Shown here: positions 27,701 through 38,600 of the stretch, piece by piece
How the letters are laid out: each line of letters starts with the position of its first letter
How positions within the stretch are numbered: the stretch's first letter is position 1
From: Tubulanus polymorphus
Taxonomy: Eukaryota > Animalia > Nemertea
Assembly (NCBI RefSeq): GCF_964204645.1
Contig: NC_134034.1
Coordinates: forward strand, 2,852,072 to 2,916,071
Direction: 5' to 3'
Length of the DNA: 64,000 nucleotides
Position numbers and translations under genes: made by a program
The notes under the pieces: generated by a model
Databases searched by the model: none
What the model was told of the DNA's origin: nothing
What the model saw: the letters and a program-made list of their open reading frames with translations, nothing else

Positions 27701-30700
27701 AGTATTTCTCTTAGCGTCGTTGTTGGCGTCATCGTCACGTCGTTAACTTTCCCCCGGCGGTATCGACGGCGTCGAATGCCAGCTTTTAGATGAATATAAC
27801 CCGCGTCGTCCCGAACCCCGACGATGTATCTCTTGTCGGCCGTTCCTCGATTAGTACCTCCTCGCTCTTCTGCGGTATAGCGGTATAAAGCCTTTAAGTG
27901 TTTTCAGTTTGGTGAGAGGGTGAAGCACTGACTTTGCCGCATGGGTTCAACTTTTCCTCCTTCCAAATGACATTTTTAGATCAAGTGGATCTATTTTGAA
28001 TATAAGTTCCAGTACTGCCCCAAAAATAACTCAAATCACTTACAAAAAGTCAATTTTGACTACGCTGGCCCTCTCTATGGGATCGGTATAAAGTATTTTC
28101 AGTTTGGTGAGAGGGTGAAGCACTGACCTTGCCGCATGGGTTCAACTTTTCCTCCTTCCAAATGACATTTTTAGATCGAGTGGATTTATTTTGAATATAA
28201 GTTCCAATACTGCCCCAAAAATAACTCAAATCACTTACAAAAAGTCAATTTTGACTACGCTGGCCCTCTCTACGGGATCGGTAAAAAGTGTTTTCAGTTT
28301 GGTGAATAGGTAAAGCATCCCTTTCACTGACCTTTCCGCTTGGGTTTAACTTTTCCTCCTTCCAAATGACATTTAAGATCGAGCGGATGGATTCGTTTTG
28401 AATATAAGTTTTAAATCTCCCCCAAAACTATCTAGAACCACTTACAAAGCGTTAATTTTGACAACGCTGCCCCGAAAATATCTCATAATGCTTGCGTAAG
28501 ATTAGTTTTGAGATTAAGCTTCGATGCTGCCGCAAGAATATCTCAATCTGCTTAGAAATGGTTGGATTTGACGGTACTGCCCCAAAAATATCTCAACAAA
28601 CCTCTTACGTAGGGATACTGCCTAGAAAGGGTTTATTTTGAACTGAAGCTTCAATACTGATTATCTAGTATCTCGAGCTGCGTACAAAGTATCCCTCCAT
28701 CTGTCCGACCGAGTCTTATTTCAATCGGCCCGTTTTCTTTTTCGCGAAAAAAATTGTAATGTAAATTTTTGTAACGCTTTTTTTCTCTTCGAAAATATCT
28801 CTCGCGCAGACGCCGACGGAGAAGAGGAGGAAACGATGGCCGAACTGCGGAAAACGATGACTCCCGAAGACGCGAAACTCCTCAGCGACCTTCTCAACGG
28901 TAAGTTTTCAAAGTAAAATAGTAATTATAACATTTAGCTCTTCGAAACCTAAGCCTTGGACACCGTACTCGTCAGACCCCGAGCTCTGTGCTAAAAATCG
29001 GGCGCATATTTCAAACTCGAATTCCGCCGTATTATCATTATCAACCTTCCAGTGCATATGCACTGCAGTGCGGTGTATATATCGGTGATGGACTTTACTA
29101 GTACACCGCATCATAGTGTATTGATGATGTTAATGGCAATTATTTTTTATCCCTATTGAAAGATGGCAGCACGTGTCAAATAAAGTGAAGTATTAGTAAC
29201 TAATGATACATCGCATTTCGGTGTAGCTACACTGAGGCGGTATGCCCATTATGCGTACACCACAATGCGATGGAATTTGTAGAAATTTTCAAATTATCTC
29301 CAGCACTTTCGGGTATTAATTAGTCACCACTGAAAGGGTTAAGTAGTGTATCGTTGCTATACGGGTGGCTAGCCGGTGGGTGCGTGCGTGTGTGCTGGAG
29401 TAGCATGTATCGTTGCTATAGGGGTGGCTAGCCGGTGGAGTAGCGTGTATCGTTGCTATAGGGGTATCTAGCCGGTGGGTGCGTGCTGGAGTAGCGTGTA
29501 TCGTTGCTATACAGGTATCTAGCCGGTGGGTGCGTGCTGGAGTAGCGTGTATCGTTGCTATACAGGTATCTAACCCGTGGGTGCGTGCTGGAGTAGCGTG
29601 TATCGTTGCTATACAGGTATCTAGCCGGTGGGTGCGTGCTGGAGTAGCGTGTATCGTTGCTATATGGATATCTAACCCGTGGGTGCGTGCGTGTTGGAGT
29701 AGCGTGTATCGTTGCTATACAGGTATCTAGCCGGTGGGTGCGTGCTGGAGTAGCGTGTATCGTTGCTATACAGGTATCAAGCCCGTAGGCGAGTGCGTGC
29801 TCCAGTAGCGTATCGTTGCTATACGGGTATCTATTCCCTTCGTGACATTTACCGCTTCGTTGCCCGCGCGCGCCAATAGAAAAATCGATTTTCCCGAAAA
29901 TGTCAGCAACGAAATTACGGTCAGCGATAAAAAAAACTGCTGCCGTTCGCTATATACCCTCGGTATTGATCGGGATCGAGTAAACAATTCCTCTTATCTA
30001 AACACGACGTCTCTTCTTCGACGCGTGTCGTACTTCGACCTTTGTCGTTTGTCTCGACGATATCGGATCGTCCGAGGCATCTTTACGTTTCGGACGGCGA
30101 GATAAACCGAATTCCAAATTTTTGGCCGATCCCTTTCTGAAGTGGATGGCTCCGAGAATATCTGAACGGTTCTTTATTTTAGCTATTTATTTCTCTAGTG
30201 GATGGCTCCAAGATCAAGATGATTTATATCATAATTTTCGATGCCATTTTATCTCTAGAGGATGTCGCCGAGAATATTCAAATTACGTTTTTATGCGAGA
30301 TTTTCCATCCTCTACTGGGTGGCCCTAGAAATAACCGAATTCAATTTTAAGTAGCTTTCCCTTTCTCCTGTGGGTGGGAAACTATATAAATCGGTTTTAC
30401 CGCAATATTTCACGACTTAAATTTCAGGTAAAGTCAAATTGAACGAACTATCCGACGACAATATCGAAAAAATGACGCAATACGTTATGACCCTGTTGGA
30501 CGATTCGGAGACACCCGCTTTTGGCGAGAAAGAAGGTGGAAAAATTGCGGCGAAAGATGAAACGAATGATGATGATGATGATGAAAACGTAGATGAATCG
30601 GCTATGGTCGACAATGGCGACCGCCTGAAAGGTATATAGTCCGTTTCGAAGAATATGTGGAGTTTTTCTGGCGTAAGCCGCATAGCTTAGAATCTAGATG

Positions 30701-32641
30701 CGCAAGCTGCATTACATCCTCCCCTCGGCGGGGATTCGAACCTGATGGCAGCGCTACACTCAGCCACGGCACGAAACCCTGCCACACTAGACCGGGTGCG
30801 TAGCTACATGCGCAGTTTTGTCGCACGATAACTTGGGGCACCAATCAGATTGCTCGTTGTATGGTCGCCGAGGCAAATTTCACAGAATATAACTGGAAAA
30901 ACCCGAGCTAGAGTGAAACGGGATTTCTGATTGGCTAATAATGGCATCGCCTATGCTGCACACGTGCGGGCCAGTGCGGCAGGGTTTCATAGCAACTTTT
31001 AACCAACCGACCTGAAATTGTGTTTTGAAAAATAGAATATGCAAAAATGTGTAAAATCCTTGAGATGGTAGGCAAACCTTTGATTTAATGCGCTTTTCTT
31101 AAAGTACGCATATTTATCTATCTTGACTTGGGGCCAATAGATTTCCATCTCAAAATTAAAAGTAAAAGAATTGGAATGGAAAGTCTTGTACACTAATCCG
31201 TTCGTAGTCTTTTTAATCCTCTTAAATCAGGTTTGCCTAATCGGGTTTGCCTAATTGGAAATGTGTTTTATTTAGACCGTGTTCTTGTAGTAGTGAATAT
31301 GGATTCAGTTCCACAGTTGAGCTCATTTCAACTCACTTTAATTCAAAAGAGTTTCGACTATAACTCACATGAGCATTAAGAGTTAAAGTCTTACACTTAT
31401 TACTGTTGAGTTTAAATTCTACTCTTGGGGAGTTGAATATTACGAAATGAACTCATTCTTAACTAAAGAGTTTAGCGAGTTGGATATTTGAAAATGAACT
31501 CTTTATAGCTCGCGAGTTCAGAAACTCGGATGAGTTCAGATTCTACTCTATGAGAGTGTTCAATCATGAACACGTTCCAACTCGGAGCATTAACTCCGAA
31601 CGTATTGAAAACGAACTCATTTGAACGCGCAAGTGTGGAATCGGGTCTCGGGTCGAGATGCATGAAAACTTGAATTATCCTAGTAAAAAAAAAGTAGCAA
31701 CCAACAGCATCTTAACCGAAACATTTAAGTTTACCTTGTGGAACAGGAGGACAGTGTTGAAAAGTTTGATGTATGTAGTTTGTTACCCCTATCCACAAAC
31801 CCCATCCCTCCGTCCAACGTGTAACATGTTTGCTTGGCCTTCACCCGGTTTTATGGACTTACCTACGACCTGATTAATCTTGTGGTCGGATGATTCCAAT
31901 TTAGGGAGTCCGAATCTAACTCGGAACTGTGGAAGTTCACGGTCTCAATATCTTTTTTTTCAAATATTTGAATCCGATAGTCAAATTTCAATACAAAACA
32001 GTAGATAATTCGACTCCAAAATTCATTCCAATTACGAATCTATAGTCAAAAACTAAGAAATGTTGAACGGACTCTCGTCATTGGGGACTACTGTTTAGAA
32101 GTGGGTCTAAGTCTATGAACCCGGGCTCTAAACCCATATCGGATATCACACCTATCCTAACCAACCACGGGTGGTTTCAGAGTCGTGGCTTAAGTCCAAA
32201 AGTGGACTTGAATCTTAAGACTGGTCTTAAGTTGTTAGATTGGCTATAGAACTAAGTTGGTCTAAGACCAGTCCTAGCCGTGACTGTGCAACCAGCTGCA
32301 AATGTTATGAAACTCTTGTCCAGCCGTATGTGGACTTTTTATGTCACCAATAGTTTAATTCTTAAAACGTGAAAACATCAGTTCTAAATTTATCTCTCAG
32401 CCTCTTTGTTTGCGTTACGATTGATGCTCGCGCTACAACCACTCCCTGATAATTTGGTTTTTCCTACTTTCACGAGTCTTGAAAACTGAACGTGTATTTC
32501 ATATGAAACATTGTCCACTGATTTCATGACTCTCGGGTGTGGTCCGATGCTTTTTCGGAGTCGACTTCGGAGTCATTATCACCGACAGTTTCGCTGTTCA
32601 CGCCCCATTTACATAGTCACACTTGATAATTTGCAGTACTT

Positions 32642-32685
<44 letters not shown>

Positions 32686-35600
32686 GCACTTCAACGGCGT
32701 AACCATGGCGATAACTGCCGTTTCGAATATTCGAAATTTGCACTTTGAAATCGCCAGTGGTCAGAAATTGTTCTTGGAGTGAAAATTATCAAGAACGGCA
32801 AATCAGGCTGCGATTGAATAGCTCGGAGAATCACAATTGCGGTTGAATTCTTTTCTTAGAATTTTTGGGCCATTTTCAAAATCTTCCAGACCGTTGTTTC
32901 GGCTTCTCCTGAGGTTTTTTTCGTGTCAACACTTTAATCGAAGAAGAAAATTATGTTATTTTCATCGAAAACGAGACATTTGAAAAATTGAAATGATATT
33001 TTTAGATTCCGACGTTAACGACAACCGAGAAATGTTAAACGCTCAGGCCTTGAATCGGCCGAACAATGAACAATCAATCTTCTCAGTCGAAGTGAAAAAA
33101 GGTATGAAGAAAAAACCTTATTCGAAAAAAAGTTGGTTTTATCTCCGGGGGTGGGGGAGTCCTTGGGGGGCCTGTACATCCCGGGATCCAGTTTCACAAA
33201 GCTAGAATAATTCAACTGCTGTTAAAACTCATCATCATGATTTTACTGAATCGTTGAAGTCATCGAGAATGAGAAGGTTGTCATTAGTAACTAATCGTAA
33301 TTTTACTGAGTCATTGAAGTCTTGTTCAATCATAATTTTACTGAATTGTTGAACTCATTGTAAACGAGAAGGCCTCGTTGGCAACTGATCATAATTTTAC
33401 TGAATGAAAGAAGTCCACGGGGAATGAGGAGGTCATGATTTACCATAGCTTTCATGTGAATGATGGAAAGGTCTTGCTGGGTGTTTTGTGAAACTGTGGT
33501 CTCAGGGTTGATGTGACGATGATATGACATAGTTTTACAAACCCTAATTACTGTTGTGCAAGTATGTATCATGTGTCTTGTAACCACCGCCCCCCCTCCC
33601 TCCCGCACTCTGATTGTTGTGTTTGATTACTATTCAGGAAATAAGTTATTTCCCACCTATAACTCTGTGACGTATGTTTGCAAGATATAGAATGTCAATG
33701 AGTGCTCTGCGATCTACTGTGGTAATTGAAGTTACCATTTATGGCAACTGAGGATCCATCAGGATGACGCCACCTGAGGTGACTGTAGAGTATTAAACTC
33801 GTGGCAATTGGTGATCCACCAGATGGCACTAGTGTACAGTAGGACATCAACTACTGTGGCAATGGAGGATTCCACTCGTGGCGAGTGATGATCCACCAGA
33901 TGGCACTAGTGTACAGTGGGACATCAACTACTGTGGCAATGGAGGATTCCACTCGTGGCGAGTGATGATCCACCAGATGGCACTAGTGTACAGTAGGACA
34001 TCAACTACTGTGGCAATGGAGGATTCCACTCGTGGTGAGTGACAATCCACCAGATGTCGCTAGTGTGCAGTAGGACATCAACTACTGTGGCAATGGAGGA
34101 TTCCGCTTGTGGCGAGTGACGATCCACCAGGTGGCACTAGTATGCAGTAGGACATCAACTACTGCAGATTCTAGCATCATTTTCTAAGAATCTCGTCATG
34201 ATTCTTTTTCAGCAGCAGCTCCCGGAGTCGTCGCCCAGCCCCGGCACGATGACATCGTAGCGCCCTTACCCGCTGCGTTGTCGGAAGATGATAACGAGCA
34301 AAAATCCGGGCATTACGATTTGGTCTTAACAGATCGCGCTTACATCAAAGTCGACAAACCGTAAGTTAGAGAAATTTTTCTATTTTTCGACGGTTGATCA
34401 GATTATCAAAAGCTGTTTTGATTCGGCCGTTTAATCAGTTCGTATCGATGTGAATATTCTTCACACCGAGTTCATCGTAGATGATTAAAATCAGTTGCGT
34501 TTTAAACGCGAGAAAGTAACTGCGGTATGATCGGTTCAATATGAATCATAGCCACGTGAAGAAACCATGTTTCGTTGCGTCAAACTATGCGCGTTTGAAA
34601 TATCTGACTTCTATATTTTGCGTCTTCGTATTTTCAGGTTCAAAGACACGCAAGACGCCGAGGAACTGTTGGCCATCGTCGAATCCAAACTCGGTTTAAA
34701 GCCGGGCTCGTTCTCAAATGTGCAGTACGTATTAGTACGACAACCACACGATAACCACACTCAAACGTGGTGAACGGATAAAAAGATAAAACCCACTATC
34801 TACAGATTAAAAGACACCTGACGATGATCTCTAGGGTGAGATCGAAACGTCGTGTTTATTATATATTTTAGATTGTTCGATTGAATAAATTCTTGATATT
34901 AAATTGTTTTAATCTGTAGATAGTGGGTTTTTATCTTTTTGTGCAGTACGTATGTATGTAACTACGATCAATAGTTTGATGTCGAACTGGATCAACGGGA
35001 GTAGTTTTACAATCGACTTCAGAATCGAGATATAGTGTGACGTGCGTAGATAGGATATATACGTGTAGGAGGTGAGAGACAGAGGTCTCAAAACTTCGTG
35101 ATAAATCTGCGTCGTCTTTGTTAAAAGATGAACACCTAGGTTTCTAGTACGATAACCACACTCAAACGTGGCGGACGGATAAAAAGATTACAACCCACTA
35201 TCTACAGATTAAACGAATTTAGAATCAAGAATTTATTTATTCGAACAATCTAAAATAAATAATAAACACGACGTTTCGATCTCACCCTAGATCACTCGAT
35301 CTGACACCTGACGATGATCTCTAGGGTGAGATCGAAACTTTGTGTTTATCATATATTTTAGATTGTTCGATTGAATAAATTCTTGATTTTAAATTTTTTT
35401 AATCTGTAGATAGTGGGTTTTAATCTTTTTGTGCAGTACGTATGTTTCTTTGAAGCTTGATTGACCTTCAGGCAGAGCCAGAATTTTTTATGTGGAGGTG
35501 CTCTGCTGCAGGCCCCTACTTAGAACGTACCCACGCCCCCGCTTATTGAAGAATATCTGCCCGGATGCCCGCCTAAAGAAAATTTGAGCGGCAATTTCGA

Positions 35601-38600
35601 AAGATTCATTCATTGGTAACACTGTCATAAGTTTTCATTCAAAATATGCGCACGCTTCTAAAGTTAGTCGATTCGAGGCAAAATTGTAGGAAAATGAGGC
35701 AAAATCTTCACCTCAAATAAGATACAAATTGTGTAATTGCTTTTCTTTGCATCTTATTTGCGAAAAGTTTTTTCTCCCAGGACCCGACATTCACGTGCAT
35801 GGGCACTTTACGGAAAGTTCAACAACTTTCATGGAAATCGTTTCTCGAGAATCGTTTCAATTCGAGAATAATTTCGGTCGAAATATTTTGATCCCTTCGG
35901 AAAATGCGAACCCTGTAATGCGCACCAGACCTTCACCGCGAACATCGGCATATTTCAAAGCGCTATCAAGGATGTTTCATTGAAATATCAATAAACGGTA
36001 AAAACCATTGACATGAAATATGAATGCAATCATATTAAAAACTGCGCAAACTATCGTAAAACGTCTCGTACCTGGTTTAATGGATTCGGATGATTGAAAA
36101 TGTACTCGCTTCAAGTCTAGAACTAAGTCTAGTTCAACCGGTAACGAGGAACTAGTTCTGATTGTTTGTTAGCTTGATTTTACTAAAAATGAAAAAACTT
36201 CGTTAAAAATGGGCCAACTTTTCCTTCCGAAGCGATGCTTAATAATTGACCACTGACTGACTACGAACTGATTTCGATTCTGTGCATTGCGAGTTGGGTC
36301 TCGGGTTTATTAAGATTTGAAAATGGACCGTAATCCGATGATGATGATGATGATATCTAAAGAGATAGTTAGAAACGTTGTGTCCTCCAATTTTTTTCTT
36401 TTTGGTTTTTGACAAATTTTTTCCTTTTTCTTTTTGGTTTTTTGACAAATTTTTTCCTTTTACTTTTTGGTTTTTTGACAAATTTTTTCCTTTTTCTTTT
36501 TGGTTTTTTGACAAAATTTTTCCATTTTCTTTTTGGTTTTTGACAAATTTTTTCCATCTAAATTTTCACGAGCCGATTTTAATCGAACGTTCACTTTTAA
36601 TCGCGAGCTGCCGGAAATGTAAATACAGTAAACGGATGCGTAAGTCGGATCGACAAAAAAAGTCGGATAATAATCGCTTATATACGAGATGAATATGAAT
36701 GCCGATCGTCCCGATTTTTGCGTCTCTTTCTCGAAGAGGAAATTGATAATCCGAATTCGTCGTGCATTTGTTTTGCACCAAAATAAAAAGAAATCACTCT
36801 TAGAAAGTCGGAGGGCTATTTTCGTGCTATCGCTGTGCGAATATGGCCCCCGTCGCGTCCCCTGTCCCCCGACTTGAAATCGACGTTTTCATGTCAACAG
36901 TCGTTATTTTTTAGTTGCGGTTAACGTTTTAGACTAGAAAAAAACGAACGCGAAATATTTGCCGCGTTTTTGAAATCGATTCTTCCGTAGGTGTAGATTT
37001 AATTTCACATCCGTTGATTAATTACGAAAATCCGACTCGTTGCGAGTCGCAGGATTTTTTCATTCGTCCCGAAAGATCCGTCTGGCGTAAGGTTTACGTC
37101 GTCTGCCGTGAAACTGGCGCGATGGAATACCGATGACAAAATTGCGTATTCCGACGCTCGGGGGAAAAATTCTAATTCCAACTCGAGTTTCGTTTCATTC
37201 GATTGATTCAAGCCACGCGTTGATTTCCCGTCGATACGACGCGCTCCGACAAAAACACCGGTTACGCCTGCCATCTGGTGGTAGAATCTCGAATTAGATG
37301 ATGAATATGAGCTGGTTTAGTTTTCGATTTCGTCGCAAGATGGCAGCCTTGTTAGTCGGTTCCTTACGTTGTTGGGAGAACCGAGAGATTCGTCGAAGGA
37401 TGCGGTTTGATTATGAAGCGATGGTAGGGAGGTCAGAGAAGCCTCTTTCGAAACGAGAACAGAGGTCAGAGAGGTCGGGAAATACCTCTCAGTCAGATTG
37501 CTCAATTGATTATCTGAATTATTGATATCTAGGAATATGAACATTTATTCTATGAAGATTGCTTCAATTCTTTAAAGAAATTTTTTCTCTGCCATATCCT
37601 TGGATCCAGTTCCACAGTTCAATTTCACTATGAATTCAGTTCCTCAGTTGTGTGGGTTCAATTTGACTCTGGATTCAGTTGCACAGTTGTGTGGGTGGTT
37701 TTAATTTGACTCTGAATCCAGTTCCACAATTGTGTGGGTTTATTCTGACCCTGAGTTCAATTCACAAGTTGCGTGGGTTGAATTCTAGTGTGGATCTAGT
37801 GCCACAGTTGTACGGTTTAATTTGACTTTGGATCCAGTTCCACAGTTGTGTGGGTTTGATTTGACTTTGGATCCAGTTCCACAGTTGTGTGGGTTTGATT
37901 TGACTTTGGATCCAGTTCCACAGTTGTGTGGATTTATATTGACTCTGATTCCAGTTCCAGTTATGCGGGTTTAATTTGACTGTGGATCCAGTTCCACAGT
38001 TGTGTGGGTTTGATTTGACTGTGGATACAGTTCCATAGTTGAGTCTGATTTGACAGGATCTAGTCCGTACCCGCAGTTCGACAATTTTGAAACGAAAATC
38101 AATTTCGACTCAACCCAACAGCGTAGCCGACCCCTAGCACGTATACAAAATACTGACAGCTTTAAATCAGCCCTCCCCCTTCCCTCCCCCCGCTCTAGTC
38201 GGGCTCGCAACCCGGCAATCTCCGCAACACGGGACTACCCATCAAACAGTAACTAAACAGGGTACAGACGGACGACAGAACTCCGCGACGCAGGGTACGT
38301 CACACCTACAATTCGAACCGCGCATTAGTAACCACGGCAACGTAATTATCGCGTCGTCGACGAAATCGTCGGGGTCGCCATGGAAACCGAATCAGAGATG
38401 ACAAGAACTTGACGGAGGAAATTATATCCGCGCGAACGCTCGACCTCGGCTGATTGGCAGGAGCTGCTGCGATTATTAATAACACTAGCGGTGCAGGTTC
38501 ACCGGTACAGTTACACGTATAGATCAGGTGATCTCTGAATTGATAATTATCAATGAAAATTTGTGCCAAACACCGAGAGACAGAGACGGAGAGAAAGTGT

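Noticed and set aside
30714-30793. Functional tRNA gene
   Set aside because: It has A- and B-box-like motifs but no complete cloverleaf (anticodon arm missing, no acceptor stem); treated as a tRNA-derived repeat.
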